From positions 1-27,205 of the IMG/VR virus record IMGVR_UViG_3300034171_000127: 27,205 nucleotides of DNA; one strand, 5' to 3'. This document shows positions 16,072 through 26,880 of the stretch, piece by piece. The DNA comes from a virus (taxonomy: Duplodnaviria; Caudoviricetes). The notes beneath the pieces are model-generated. The model was not told the DNA's origin. It did not search any database and saw only the letters and a list, made by a program, of their open reading frames with translations. The translations under genes were made by a program, and so were the position numbers. The first letter of the stretch is position 1. Each line of letters begins with the position of its first letter.

Positions 16072-18522
16072 ATGAGTGATGGAAGAATAATTATTGATAC
16101 CAGTATAGATAATAGTGGTGCTGAAAAAGGCATAGGTAAACTGGGTAGTATTGCTAAAACAGGATTAAAAGGTGTAGTTACTGCTGTAGCGCTAGTGAGT
16201 ACCGCTTTGATTGGGTTCGGTGGCTATGCAGTAAAAGTTGGTGTTGAATTTGAAAGTGGAATGTCCAAAGTAAAAGCTATAAGTGGAGCTACTTCAGGTG
16301 ATATGGAAAAGTTAGCTGATAAAGCTAAAGAAATGGGATCTACTACTAAATTTAGTGCTACAGAAAGTGCAGATGCGTTGCAATATATGGCATTAGCTGG
16401 TTGGAAAACAAATGATATGTTAGATGGTTTACCTGGGATTATGAATTTAGCGGCAGCTTCAGGTGAAGAGCTTGGTTCTGTTTCCGATATTGTAACGGAT
16501 AGCTTGAGCGCATTTGGGATGAAAGCAAGTGAGAGTGGACATTTTGCAGATGTATTGGCAAAAGCGAGTTCCAACAGTAACACAAACGTTGCAATGCTCG
16601 GTGAGTCTTTTAAATATGTTGCTCCTCTTGCTGGCGCTTTAGGTTATAGCGTAGAAGATACCAGTGTAGCTTTGGGTTTGATGGCTAATGCAGGAATAAA
16701 ATCTTCACAGAGTGGAACTAGCTTAAAAACAGCGTTAGTTAACCTGGCTAAACCAACTAGTAAAATGAAAGCTGTAATGGACAAGTATGGATTAAGTTTA
16801 ACTAACGCAGACGGAACTATGAAACCCTTAAATAAAGTAACTGAAGAATTAAGAACTAAGCTAGGTGGATTAGATAAAGCCACACAAGCAGCCGCTTCAG
16901 CAACTTTGTTTGGAAAAGAATCTTTAGCTGGCATGTTGGCGGTTGTAAATGCAAGTCCTGAGGATTACGAAAAATTAACAGGTGCTATAAATGATTCTGA
17001 AGGTGCTGCCGCAAAAATGGCTGAAACCATGAATGATAACTTAGGCGGTCAAGTCACTTTGTTAAAAAGCGCATTAGAGGGACTTGGAATACAATTTTAT
17101 GAAAGTGTTGATAATCCATTAAAAGATATTGTTAAGTCTGCAAATGGCATGATTGGAGAATTATCTAAGGCATTTACTGAGGGTGGTTTTTCAGGGTTAG
17201 TTGAATCTTTAGGAGGAATATTTGCACAAATAATAACTGGTATAGCAACCTATGCTCCTAAGATTATTGACGGTGCAATATTAGTAATACAAAGTTTTGT
17301 TACAGGAATACAGGATAATTTACCAGCAATAACAACTGCGGCAGTAACAATTATAACATCTCTAGTAACTGGCATTTTAACTTTATTACCACAGCTCCTT
17401 GAGATGGGATTACAGATTATAATAAATCTTGCATTAGGTATAGCTGAGGCATTACCTACACTAATACCTCTTGCGGTACAATGTATAATGGATTTAGTTA
17501 ATACACTTATTGAAAATTTACCATTGGTATTAGATGCTGGATTACAAATTTTAAACGGATTAGTAGATGGTATTTTGACCGCTTTACCGCAGTTGATAGC
17601 TATGTTACCAACGATAATTGCAAGCATAGTAGATTTTATGGCTGAAAGTTTACCGATTATAATAGAGACTGGAATAACACTTTTACTTGCTCTTATAGAT
17701 GGTTTGGTGGATGCATTACCACAGTTAATAGCAATGTTACCACAAATAATTGATACTATAATAAAGGTGATAACTGAGAACTTACCGATAATACTTAATG
17801 CTGGAATAACACTTTTACTTGCTCTCATAAAAGGATTAGTAAAAGCGTTACCACAATTAATCGCTATGTTGCCACAAATAATTAATACTATAATAAAAGT
17901 TCTTACTGAGAACTTACCTCTTATAATTGACGCAGCTGTTCAAATTATGATTGCATTAATAGGTGGATTAATACAATCAATTCCACAACTTATTATGGCA
18001 ATACCAAAGATTGTAGTTGCGATTGTAAAAGCTTTTGGTGATGTTGATTGGGGACAAATAGGTATAGACATAATGCTAGGTATTGGAAAAGGTATTGGTA
18101 AAGGTGTAAAAAGCGCAGTAGATGCTGCTAAGAATGCAGCAGGTAATATAAAAGATAGTATAACTGGTTTCTTTGGAATTCACTCTCCAAGCACATTAAT
18201 GAGAGATTTAGTGGGGGTTAATCTCGCTAAAGGTATAGGGGTAGGTTTTGAAGATGAATCACAAAGCTTACAACAAAAGATACAAAATAACTTATCTGAA
18301 TTAACTGCTAAAATACGAACCACAGTGGATCAAGTAAGGTCCGATACTTCAATGGGAGTTGTTGCTAGTCATAATTACAACAATACTAAAAGTGTTACAA
18401 ATAATACTAATGATAATGGTGTTACGCAAAATGTTACGATAATTAAACCAGTTTCTACAGCAAGTGAAAATGCTAGAGAACTTAAAAAGGTAGGGAGGGA
18501 TTTAGCAAATGGCTACATTTAG
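16072..18522 (+). CDS. tape measure protein (TP901-family core)
   Basis: TTKFSATESADALQYMALAGW, LGESFKYVAP, GIHSPS; 44-aa repeats (CTGGAATAACACTTTTACTTGCTCT at 17669 and 17801); RBS favours ATG 16072. Confidence 0.95.
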   Translation: MSDGRIIIDTSIDNSGAEKGIGKLGSIAKTGLKGVVTAVALVSTALIGFGGYAVKVGVEFESGMSKVKAISGATSGDMEKLADKAKEMGSTTKFSATESADALQYMALAGWKTNDMLDGLPGIMNLAAASGEELGSVSDIVTDSLSAFGMKASESGHFADVLAKASSNSNTNVAMLGESFKYVAPLAGALGYSVEDTSVALGLMANAGIKSSQSGTSLKTALVNLAKPTSKMKAVMDKYGLSLTNADGTMKPLNKVTEELRTKLGGLDKATQAAASATLFGKESLAGMLAVVNASPEDYEKLTGAINDSEGAAAKMAETMNDNLGGQVTLLKSALEGLGIQFYESVDNPLKDIVKSANGMIGELSKAFTEGGFSGLVESLGGIFAQIITGIATYAPKIIDGAILVIQSFVTGIQDNLPAITTAAVTIITSLVTGILTLLPQLLEMGLQIIINLALGIAEALPTLIPLAVQCIMDLVNTLIENLPLVLDAGLQILNGLVDGILTALPQLIAMLPTIIASIVDFMAESLPIIIETGITLLLALIDGLVDALPQLIAMLPQIIDTIIKVITENLPIILNAGITLLLALIKGLVKALPQLIAMLPQIINTIIKVLTENLPLIIDAAVQIMIALIGGLIQSIPQLIMAIPKIVVAIVKAFGDVDWGQIGIDIMLGIGKGIGKGVKSAVDAAKNAAGNIKDSITGFFGIHSPSTLMRDLVGVNLAKGIGVGFEDESQSLQQKIQNNLSELTAKIRTTVDQVRSDTSMGVVASHNYNNTKSVTNNTNDNGVTQNVTIIKPVSTASENARELKKVGRDLANGYI

Positions 18523-19369
18523 TTTAAAATTAAAAAGTAATAATAAAACTTTAGAAATTACTAAAGATACTCCCTATAAATTAATTGATATAGATGGCAT
18601 AGACAGTGCAGAATTTCAGCTGAACTTAACGTCTAATGCACAGTTTGATGGAAGTGTTGTTAATAGTAAGCGAATAAATAAAAGGCCTATATCAATAGTG
18701 GCAGATTTTAAAGGATATAACAAAGAGATTGAGCGTGAAAAGTTGATCTCTTTTTTTAATCCCAAATATATTGGAGTTTTAATTGTAAATAATGGGAGAG
18801 TAGAAAGATCAATAAATTATGAAATTGAAAAATTTAAATCTAAAATTTCAAATACAAATTATCCACTAAATTTTATAGTAGATTTATTATGTCCTAATCC
18901 TTTTTTTAAGGATTTACAGGAATTGAAAGAAGAAATTGCGCTATGGAAAGGTGATTTTAGATTTCCAATGACAATACCCAGTACTGGTATTAGGTTTGGG
19001 CACAGGGAACCAAGTCTTATTATCAATGTAATTAACCGGGGGCATGTTGAAACAGGTATGAGGGTTGAATTTAGAGCACTCGCCACACTCACTAATCCAT
19101 CAATCCTAAATATTAATACTGGTGAATTCATAAAGCTTAATAAAACTATGACCGCTGGAGAAGTAATCTCAGTAAGCACTTCTCCAGGAGATAAAGGAAT
19201 AGCTAGTACTATAAACAGTGTGACTACTAATGCTATTAATTATATAGATGTTCAATCTACATTTTTACAATTAGAAGTAGGATATAATCAAATGCGTTAT
19301 AACGCAGATACTGGAATAGATAATTTAGAAGTAAGCATTTATTTTCAACCGGCTTATTTGGGGGTGTGA
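18509..19369 (+). CDS. distal tail protein (Dit / Sipho_tail)
   Basis: Follows TMP; LLCPNPFF, FLQLEVG.N motifs. Confidence 0.85.
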   Translation: MATFSLKLKSNNKTLEITKDTPYKLIDIDGIDSAEFQLNLTSNAQFDGSVVNSKRINKRPISIVADFKGYNKEIEREKLISFFNPKYIGVLIVNNGRVERSINYEIEKFKSKISNTNYPLNFIVDLLCPNPFFKDLQELKEEIALWKGDFRFPMTIPSTGIRFGHREPSLIINVINRGHVETGMRVEFRALATLTNPSILNINTGEFIKLNKTMTAGEVISVSTSPGDKGIASTINSVTTNAINYIDVQSTFLQLEVGYNQMRYNADTGIDNLEVSIYFQPAYLGV

Positions 19370-19370
19370 T

Positions 19371-20474
19371 ATGGAACTCTATATATACAATCGTAACTTA
19401 GAACTTCAGGGCATAATTGATAACTTTACATCTCTCAGATGGGTTCGTAGATATTATTCAAGTGGTTGGTTTGAACTACAGTGTGCCCTTACTTCTAAAA
19501 ACTTAGATTTATTAGCAAAAGAAAATATAATCTATAAAAAAGATGGTACCGAGGCTGGGTGTATAGGATACCGAAATTTAAATGAAGATGATGTAGGCAA
19601 AGAAGTTTTGGTAGTGAAAGGTAAACTTTTAACTGGTTATCTTAATCGTAGGATTATTTGGGGTAAGGAAATGCTAAATGTTACATCCGAGGTTGCTATG
19701 AGAACTTTAGTAAATAAAAACTGTATAGATCCAGTAGATGTTAATAGGATTATACCTAATTTAATGTTAGGTACACTAAATAATTTTACTAACTCTGTTG
19801 ATTTTCAGGTATCATATAAAAATTTAGCTGATGAACTTGAAAACTTATCAAAGGTGAGCAATTTAGGACATAGAGTTAATTTTGATGAACCTAATAGAAA
19901 ACTTGTATTTGAAGTTTACAAGGGTTTAGACAGGTCTGTAAATCAATCTGTTAATTCACGCTGTATTTTTTCTAAGGGGTTCGAAAATATTTTAGAACAA
20001 GAATACACAGATAGTCTTAATAACTATAAAAATGTAGCACTTGTAGGTGGGGTAGGAGAGGGCACGGAGCGAAGATTAGCAACTATAGGTAATAGTATTG
20101 GCTTAGATCGGTTTGAAGTGTTCAACGACCAAGGTAGCTTGGCAAATACAGTTGATATTGATGGTGTCCAAACAGCTATGAGTGACACTGACTATAACTT
20201 GTTATTAGTTGGAAAAGGCAATGAAACTCTTGCAGAGAATAAAGAAATTAAGACGTTTGACAGTAAGATAAATCTAAAATCAAGTCCTAAATATAAAGCA
20301 GATTTTGATTTAGGAGATGTTGTTACTATTGTTTCTAAAAAGTGGGGAATTACAATAGACTCTAGGATTTCTGAAATAGAAGAAACATATGAAGAAAGTG
20401 GACAACAAGTAAATATAACATTTGGTAATAGTATTCCAACAATTATAGACAAACTTAATGAATTAAAAAAATAG
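19371..20474 (+). CDS. baseplate hub, siphovirus Gp37-like
   Basis: SLRWVRRY..G.FEL, DFDLGDVVT, RISEIEE.YE motifs. Confidence 0.85.
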   Translation: MELYIYNRNLELQGIIDNFTSLRWVRRYYSSGWFELQCALTSKNLDLLAKENIIYKKDGTEAGCIGYRNLNEDDVGKEVLVVKGKLLTGYLNRRIIWGKEMLNVTSEVAMRTLVNKNCIDPVDVNRIIPNLMLGTLNNFTNSVDFQVSYKNLADELENLSKVSNLGHRVNFDEPNRKLVFEVYKGLDRSVNQSVNSRCIFSKGFENILEQEYTDSLNNYKNVALVGGVGEGTERRLATIGNSIGLDRFEVFNDQGSLANTVDIDGVQTAMSDTDYNLLLVGKGNETLAENKEIKTFDSKINLKSSPKYKADFDLGDVVTIVSKKWGITIDSRISEIEETYEESGQQVNITFGNSIPTIIDKLNELKK

Positions 20475-20490
20475 AAAGGAAGTGATAGAT

Positions 20491-22062
20491 TTGGAAAAAT
20501 CAAGTTTTTTCAATGCAGTGGAAACAAGCCCAGGAATTTACGATCGTAATTATTTTGCAGAGGATATGGCTGAATTTTTCAATTCGTTGGTTACTAATGG
20601 TGTATTTCCGGGTCTGAGTACAAACCTACAAGTTATATCTAACAACGATATGACAGTTATACTTAAGGCTGGCAAGGCATGGATTAATGGATATGTATAT
20701 ATTCTAGATGCGGATATGATATTGACTATAGATACCGCAGATGGGGTTTTAAACCGCATAGATAGAATTGTAATACAGTTTAACACAGTAGGTAGGGCAA
20801 TAAATGCAGTAGTTGTAAAAGGTACATTGGCCAGTACTCCATACGCTGATGATTTATATCGAGATGCAGATTTGTATGAACTAGGTGTAGCTGATATATA
20901 CATTACGAATGGAGCAACGATCATAAGCCAGGTTAACATAACAGATATGCGCTTTAATAATAACTTTTGCGGTGTTGTAAACAGTTTAATTACAGCAGAT
21001 ACAACAACCTTATTCGCACAGTATGAAGATGCTTTTAGTACATGGTTTGCTAATATACAAGATGTTTTAGATGAAAATACTGAAGCTAATTTATTAACAA
21101 AAATTGATGATAATAAAATTTTATTAGATTCTCATTTAGAAGATAATTCTAAACAGATACCGCACATTGGTACAACTTCAAATAGTGGAAATACCTATAC
21201 TGTTACAACAACAGAATCAATAACAACTAATCAAAAATTTACAATTAAAATTAACGCTGCATCAACCGGAGTCGCAACTTTAACTGTATCAACCATTGGA
21301 AGTGCAAAAGGTATTAAAAAGGCAGGAGGGCATGATGCAATTTTAAAAATAGGCGTCTATTCCTTTTTCTATGATGGCTCAAATTTTCAATTATTGGGTG
21401 AGGGGGGTGAATATGGAACAGCCCTAAATACAGACGTAATGGTTGGTACAACAATAGGGACAGAAGATGGTTTGGTAGATGGATCAATAATAGATCGAGG
21501 AACAGTTAATTACACACCTAGTACAGTTAATCAAGCGGTTTTAGGTGGTAAAGTAAGTGGATTAGGAATGGTTTATGGAAGTGCTAATTTAGCATCAAAA
21601 AATATTAAAAAAGGTATTAATTTATTCGATACTTTAGGAACTTTAGTTGAAAACCCAATAACCTCTTTTATAGAAGATAATAATGGTGATTTTGGTTACG
21701 GTGATGGTACTTTAATATGTGATCATCAAGAGTCTGTGTATATGATGGGTAACGGTGGCTATGTAAAGCGTAAGGAAGTTATTGTGAAATATGGCGGTGT
21801 AATATCTGTTAGAGTTTCTATAAAGACTTCAAATTCCGCATGGGACGCATATGCTAGAGTTCATATAAATGACGTTCCTATGGGGGATGAACTTATGACT
21901 GGCTCTGAGAGTTGGGAGAGTTGGAGGCAACATTTTACTGTAAATGCTGGTGATAGAATTCAATTATTTTTAGATAATGAAGGTGGAGGTTACACATATA
22001 ATTCTACTTTTAATATTACAATTGGTAATCCAGTACCATCATATACAGAAATTATTTTATAA
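20491..22062 (+). CDS. baseplate / tail fibre protein with variable C-terminal module
   Basis: Conserved-type N-terminus (GKAWINGY, RIDRIV), Gly/Thr-rich fibre part (NIKKGINLF); TTG 20491 best spaced from RBS. Confidence 0.75.
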   Translation: MEKSSFFNAVETSPGIYDRNYFAEDMAEFFNSLVTNGVFPGLSTNLQVISNNDMTVILKAGKAWINGYVYILDADMILTIDTADGVLNRIDRIVIQFNTVGRAINAVVVKGTLASTPYADDLYRDADLYELGVADIYITNGATIISQVNITDMRFNNNFCGVVNSLITADTTTLFAQYEDAFSTWFANIQDVLDENTEANLLTKIDDNKILLDSHLEDNSKQIPHIGTTSNSGNTYTVTTTESITTNQKFTIKINAASTGVATLTVSTIGSAKGIKKAGGHDAILKIGVYSFFYDGSNFQLLGEGGEYGTALNTDVMVGTTIGTEDGLVDGSIIDRGTVNYTPSTVNQAVLGGKVSGLGMVYGSANLASKNIKKGINLFDTLGTLVENPITSFIEDNNGDFGYGDGTLICDHQESVYMMGNGGYVKRKEVIVKYGGVISVRVSIKTSNSAWDAYARVHINDVPMGDELMTGSESWESWRQHFTVNAGDRIQLFLDNEGGGYTYNSTFNITIGNPVPSYTEIIL

Positions 22063-22075
22063 GGAGGGTTTATAA

Positions 22076-22543
22076 ATGATAGGTAAAAAAATATATTATG
22101 AATTAACAACCGGAACTGTAATTTTAACTATACCAGAAAACCATAGTCAAAATGCAATAAATACAACAAAGGAACAAGATTTTATCATGTTTGATGTTTT
22201 ACAAGCTAGAAATCCAATTCAAATAGGTATGAAACAGATGGCATACAAGGAGTTACAAGGTAATTTTGATATGGCTACAAGTTACATGATAGATAAAAAT
22301 AATAATCAAGTATTATTTCAATATCCGCAATATGAGGTAAGCCAGTTAAAGAAAATTGAATTGCTTAAATTAGAAAATGATACGTTAAAAGCACAAATGG
22401 ATAGCAATCAAGAATCAAGTAATCTTTTGGGTATGCAATTAGTTCAGAAGGATATGCAGATAATGGAATTACAGAATAACAATGAAGCATTAGGAGAACA
22501 AATAGTGCAAATGGATATTCGATTAATGATGGGGGGAATGTAA
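22076..22543 (+). CDS. tail fibre-associated protein with C-terminal coiled coil
   Basis: MIGKKIYYE..TG N-terminus; sits between fibre and XkdX. Confidence 0.65.
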   Translation: MIGKKIYYELTTGTVILTIPENHSQNAINTTKEQDFIMFDVLQARNPIQIGMKQMAYKELQGNFDMATSYMIDKNNNQVLFQYPQYEVSQLKKIELLKLENDTLKAQMDSNQESSNLLGMQLVQKDMQIMELQNNNEALGEQIVQMDIRLMMGGM

Positions 22544-22544
22544 A

Positions 22545-22682
22545 ATGACAGACTTTGAAAGAGTAACATATTATTATGAACATGGGTGGGCAAGTAAAGA
22601 GCAAGTAGGTATGTACGTATTTTATGAAAAAATAACTCCTGCAGAATATGAAATTATCACTGGTGATGTTTACGTAGCTTAA
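22545..22682 (+). CDS. xkdX: XkdX-family protein (45 aa, not in ORF track)
   Basis: MTDFERVTYYYEHGWASKEQVGMYVFYEKITPAEYEIITGDVYVA; IT.EY..ITG signature. Confidence 0.85.
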   Translation: MTDFERVTYYYEHGWASKEQVGMYVFYEKITPAEYEIITGDVYVA

Positions 22683-22686
22683 TATT

Positions 22687-22710
22687 AAGACACTCGAAAG
22701 GGTGTCTTTT
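22687..22710 (+). terminator. intrinsic terminator
   Basis: AAGACACTC-GAAA-GGGTGTCTTTT. Confidence 0.75.
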
Positions 22711-22735
22711 AATTTTATAAAATTGGAGGTATCAA

Positions 22736-25183
22736 ATGGAAAACAGAATTGAGAATAGATATAAATTTAAGTATGATTTAAAAACAAAATCTGTGCTTGA
22801 TATAAGATTTCAAGAGGGCGATACTGATAGCGCCACACTTGAAGTAATTTTAACAGATAAAGGAATTGCTATAGATTTAACAGACCAATTAATAGAATTT
22901 AGATTTATAAAAGCTGATGGAAATGTTGTATATCAAGACGAATTTACAGATGTAACTGTATTAGATGCAACAGGTGGTATAGTAGAATGTATATTAAAAA
23001 ATGCGGCTCTTAGTTTTCCGGGGAATGTGCGTTGTGAAATTTATAGAAGTGGTGGAGGTAAGGACCAAACCATACCAGCTTTTAATTTTAAAGTTACAAA
23101 AACTATAGGTGAAGACGGAACAATTAGCATAAATTATATAAGTTCTATTGAAAGTAAAATATTAGAAATGAGCACTTTATTAGATGAATTTAACGCTACA
23201 AATGTAGTTTCATTGCAAGCCGATATTGATAATCAGGCGGCGTTATTGGCAGATAATGCGTATCATGTCAAAGGTGTAGGAGATGGTACGACAGATGATA
23301 CACAATCATTTATAGATGCTCTTTTGGTTAGCGATATTATTTTTGTGCCTAGAGGAAAAACATATTTAATCGGAAACATTGATGTTATTGGGAAAACAGT
23401 AATCGGACATGGTACAATTAAGAAAATTTCAACAGCTGAAAGTGCGTTTCACATTAAGGGTGATGGAGTTATTATTTCAGGACTTACTTTCGATGCACAA
23501 TCTACAAGTGGTCAACCTAGTACAGATATTAAATTAGGAGAAGGTGCTAAAAATGTAATAATTAGCAATAATATATTCACTTCTAAAATTTATAGTGCTA
23601 TAACAGGAGCAGTAGATACATTAGCAACTCCAACCGCAGGCACACCTTACACCATCCCTGTTAGTGGCGTGATAATTAGTAACAATGTATTTAAAAAACT
23701 AGACACTAATGCAGTAGGATATGCTAGACCTTTGTTTCTTCATAGTATTGGGAATATTACGATTGAAGGGAACGTTATTAGGGATACCGACTTTGATGCT
23801 ATCCGTCTTCGTGAAAATGTCGGGCACTGTTTAATAAATGCTAATCAATTTATAAACATTGGCAATCCTGCATGGGTAGACGACCAAACACGAGATGCAG
23901 TTGATGTGCATTGGTCGGGTGACACCCTAACAATTACAAATAATATCGTCAAAGTAACCGCTTATACTGGTTTTGATATTAAAGGGATTGCCCCTGATGG
24001 TTCACATAAAACACAAAAAGTTATTATTTCAAATAATCAAATAGAAAAAACACGTTATTCGGGTATTTTCCTTAGAGGGGATGAGATTAATCCAACGACA
24101 TCAGGTTACGGTTATATTGATTCTGTAATTGTGAGTGATAACATTATACAAGAGTGCAATCAAGGCTTGGCAGTAGCCACGAACGCATCTGGCATAAGAG
24201 TTCAATCATTAGTTAAATACCTTAATATCCATGACAATATTTTGGTATCTAATTTAACTAGAGCTATATTTGTAAATAACACATCTAATTTCGGGGTCAA
24301 CACAGCGCATAAAATAACGGGCAATATGTGCATTAATAATGGTCGTGATGGTGTGAGTGGGACAACGGAAGCTGGTATACACGTATCGACTATTAGTGGT
24401 GTTATTCTTAACGATAATATTTGCGAAAATGATTTAGATTTGCCGAATCCGTTTCAATCGACAGGTATATATTTTGAGTCGGCAGGAACAGGTGGATTTA
24501 CACCAAGTAAAACCTCTATTATAAGGGGTAATATTTGCAGAAATAACTTAACTAATCAACTTGTTATCGGTCAAAATAACAACAGGGCAGATAATATTGC
24601 AATATTTGGAGACAATGTTCAAGTTGGAACTGGGGCTATTGATAGACCAACATGGCAAGAACAAAGAAGTCAATTTTGGGGAACTGGAATACCTGTTATT
24701 GGCGATGGTGTATTTAGAAAAGGTGACGTTATATTCAATACAAATCCATCTATAGTAGACCGAGGAAATAAATATATAATAGAAGGGTGGAAACGTATTT
24801 CTGTTAATGGAAATACTCACACACTAGGAGTAGACTGGGTTGAAATGAGAGTGGACACTGAAACAACTCAATCAAGCATCGATTTAAATTCTTATAAAAC
24901 AGCTTCTGTCACAACATTTACTTCATCAAGTTGCAAGAAGAAGAATAATCGTATTGTATATGACATTGATGCAGTAATAACAATTGTTGGCACAACGACT
25001 TTGTTTAATATTCCTGGTGAATTTAGACCTCTAGTTAACAAAAGAGGTTCTTGCGTATTAATAACTGGTGCTACACATTCAACTGGAAGATGGATAATGC
25101 AAACTGATGGTCAACTAAGAATTAGTGCTAGTGCTGATGGTTCATATACTTTAGGAGTTAATTTTTCGATTGATACAGATTAG
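22736..25183 (+). CDS. BppU-anchored tail spike with right-handed beta-helix (putative polysaccharide depolymerase / receptor-binding protein)
   Basis: N-terminal BppU-like (QEGDTDS..L...F.KADG); GDGTTDDTQSF start motif; many I.I..N PbH1-type repeats. Confidence 0.85.
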   Translation: MENRIENRYKFKYDLKTKSVLDIRFQEGDTDSATLEVILTDKGIAIDLTDQLIEFRFIKADGNVVYQDEFTDVTVLDATGGIVECILKNAALSFPGNVRCEIYRSGGGKDQTIPAFNFKVTKTIGEDGTISINYISSIESKILEMSTLLDEFNATNVVSLQADIDNQAALLADNAYHVKGVGDGTTDDTQSFIDALLVSDIIFVPRGKTYLIGNIDVIGKTVIGHGTIKKISTAESAFHIKGDGVIISGLTFDAQSTSGQPSTDIKLGEGAKNVIISNNIFTSKIYSAITGAVDTLATPTAGTPYTIPVSGVIISNNVFKKLDTNAVGYARPLFLHSIGNITIEGNVIRDTDFDAIRLRENVGHCLINANQFINIGNPAWVDDQTRDAVDVHWSGDTLTITNNIVKVTAYTGFDIKGIAPDGSHKTQKVIISNNQIEKTRYSGIFLRGDEINPTTSGYGYIDSVIVSDNIIQECNQGLAVATNASGIRVQSLVKYLNIHDNILVSNLTRAIFVNNTSNFGVNTAHKITGNMCINNGRDGVSGTTEAGIHVSTISGVILNDNICENDLDLPNPFQSTGIYFESAGTGGFTPSKTSIIRGNICRNNLTNQLVIGQNNNRADNIAIFGDNVQVGTGAIDRPTWQEQRSQFWGTGIPVIGDGVFRKGDVIFNTNPSIVDRGNKYIIEGWKRISVNGNTHTLGVDWVEMRVDTETTQSSIDLNSYKTASVTTFTSSSCKKKNNRIVYDIDAVITIVGTTTLFNIPGEFRPLVNKRGSCVLITGATHSTGRWIMQTDGQLRISASADGSYTLGVNFSIDTD

Positions 25184-25245
25184 ACATCATAGGAAAATAG
25201 GTCGACATAACTAAAAATAAAAAATTAGTACGAAATAGTAATATC

Positions 25246-25270
25246 AAGGTACCTGAGAGGGTGCCTTTTT
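25246..25270 (+). terminator. intrinsic terminator
   Basis: AAGGTACCT-GAG-AGGGTGCCTTTTT. Confidence 0.65.
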
Positions 25271-25304
25271 CATGCAAGAAAAGATAAAGAAAGAAGGTCT
25301 GAAA

Positions 25305-25760
25305 ATGGATAGATTAATAGGTATTAAGAATAGTATATTTATAGTTATCGCTATAATTGGAGGAATCATGGCAAGGTTATTGGGCGGAGCAGATAGTCTT
25401 TTAATAGCCTTAATTATATGTGTATGTGCAGATTATATTACAGGATTAGTAGTTGCCCTAGTCTTTAAAAGTTCTTCTAAAACACAGACAGGTGGAGCAC
25501 AAAGCAATGCAGGATTCAAAGGGTTTCTTAAAAAAGCTTGTATTTTTTTAATTATTGCTGTAATGAACCAAGTAGATATTGTTTTAGGATCGAGTGGGCT
25601 CATCAGAAATGCAGCTATAATAGGATTTATGTCTAATGAGTGTTTATCACTCGTTGAAAATGCAGGATTAATGGGTATAGACTTACCACCTGCAGTAATT
25701 AATTCAATAGATATATTAAAAAGGAAAAGTGAAAACAAAGGACTTAAGGAGGATAAATAA
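25305..25760 (+). CDS. holin (phage holin 4 / toxin-secretion family)
   Basis: LLGG.D, DYITG, G..KK, NE.LS..EN motifs; ATG 25305 follows SD-like AGAAGG. Confidence 0.9.
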   Translation: MDRLIGIKNSIFIVIAIIGGIMARLLGGADSLLIALIICVCADYITGLVVALVFKSSSKTQTGGAQSNAGFKGFLKKACIFLIIAVMNQVDIVLGSSGLIRNAAIIGFMSNECLSLVENAGLMGIDLPPAVINSIDILKRKSENKGLKEDK

Positions 25761-25762
25761 TT

Positions 25763-26467
25763 ATGAATAAAATATATACACATTGTTTTGATGATGGTCA
25801 TGGCGGAAGTGATCCAGGAGCAATAGGTCAAAGAGGAACACATGAATCTGATATAAGTTTAGCTATTGGTAAAATAGCGGGTAGAATAATGCTAGAGCAA
25901 GGGCAAAAGGTAATCTACACTAGAACAACAGATAAGTACCTAACATTAGCACAGAGGGCAGATATAGCAAATAAAGGTGGGTGTAGAACATTTACATCAA
26001 TACATTGTAATTCATTTAGTGATGTAAGCGCAAATGGTACAGAGACATGGTCATATCCAGGTAGTGTAGAGGGTGCTAAATTATCTAAATTAGTACAATC
26101 AGAATTAATTAAATCAATAAAATTAACTAACAGAGGATGTAAAACTGCCAATTTTGGAGTTTTAAGAATGTCTTCCATGACTGCTATATTGGTAGAGACC
26201 GCATTTATATCTAATGCAAATGAAGAAAATTTATTATTACAGAATAGTTTTAGAGAGAAAGTTGCGGAATCAATCGTAAGAGGTATATTTGAATATCTGG
26301 GACTAATATTTAAAGAAAAAGAAACACCAAAAGTTGTAGCTAGCCCAGTGGCCACTAATGTAATGTACAGAGTTGTCACAGGGTCCTTTGCAGATAGATC
26401 TAACGCAGACGCAAGAATTGCAGCATTAAAAAAAGTTGGATTTGAAAGTTTCATAGAAATTAAATAG
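25763..26467 (+). CDS. endolysin: N-acetylmuramoyl-L-alanine amidase (Amidase_3) plus SPOR domain
   Basis: D.GHGG.DPGA, SIHCN, LVE.AFISN; C-terminal YRV..GSF....NA. Confidence 0.95.
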   Translation: MNKIYTHCFDDGHGGSDPGAIGQRGTHESDISLAIGKIAGRIMLEQGQKVIYTRTTDKYLTLAQRADIANKGGCRTFTSIHCNSFSDVSANGTETWSYPGSVEGAKLSKLVQSELIKSIKLTNRGCKTANFGVLRMSSMTAILVETAFISNANEENLLLQNSFREKVAESIVRGIFEYLGLIFKEKETPKVVASPVATNVMYRVVTGSFADRSNADARIAALKKVGFESFIEIK

Positions 26468-26516
26468 AAAGAAAGTGATCTATCCTATCTAATCTAAATT
26501 TAAGGAGGAATTATTA

Positions 26517-26834
26517 ATGTTGGACAAATTGTTTGAATATAGATTTATAATTATAGTTGTATTGGCGGTTATCCTTTATGCTGCCTTGGAATGGGAAATA
26601 TTTAAAACAAAGTCTTATGCCCTTATGCTTAAAGCAAAGAGCATGGCTAAAGATAATATACTTAAGAGTGGAAAAAAACAAGAAGATTGGGTTGTTAAAA
26701 AAGCTTATAAATATCTACCTAAAAAAATTACAATTTTTATAAATGAACAGAGAATGAGAAAAATAGTACATTATTTATATGTAAAGGCTAAGGATCTAGC
26801 AGATGATGGAGAAATCAACAATAGTATAGAATAG
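26517..26834 (+). CDS. holin-like membrane protein (LL-H-like)
   Basis: N-terminal TM segment, SGKKQ..WV, D..DDG.IN motif; follows the endolysin. Confidence 0.6.
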   Translation: MLDKLFEYRFIIIVVLAVILYAALEWEIFKTKSYALMLKAKSMAKDNILKSGKKQEDWVVKKAYKYLPKKITIFINEQRMRKIVHYLYVKAKDLADDGEINNSIE

Positions 26835-26841
26835 TTTAAGG

Positions 26842-26880
26842 ACCTGAGGTTAGAGAAATCTAGCTTCAGGACTTTTTTTT
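26842..26880 (+). terminator. intrinsic terminator closing the late operon
   Basis: CCTGAGGTTAGA-GAAA-TCTAGCTTCAGG followed by T run. Confidence 0.8.

Noticed and set aside
16224-17828. Long antisense ORFs and 132-bp repeats in the tape measure gene
   Set aside because: Expected result of TMP codon bias and helical repeats
20491-25183. Diversity-generating retroelement acting on tail genes
   Set aside because: No reverse transcriptase and no TR/VR repeat pair seen in the window
25433-26454. Minus-strand ORFs over holin and endolysin
   Set aside because: Antisense shadows of strongly supported genes
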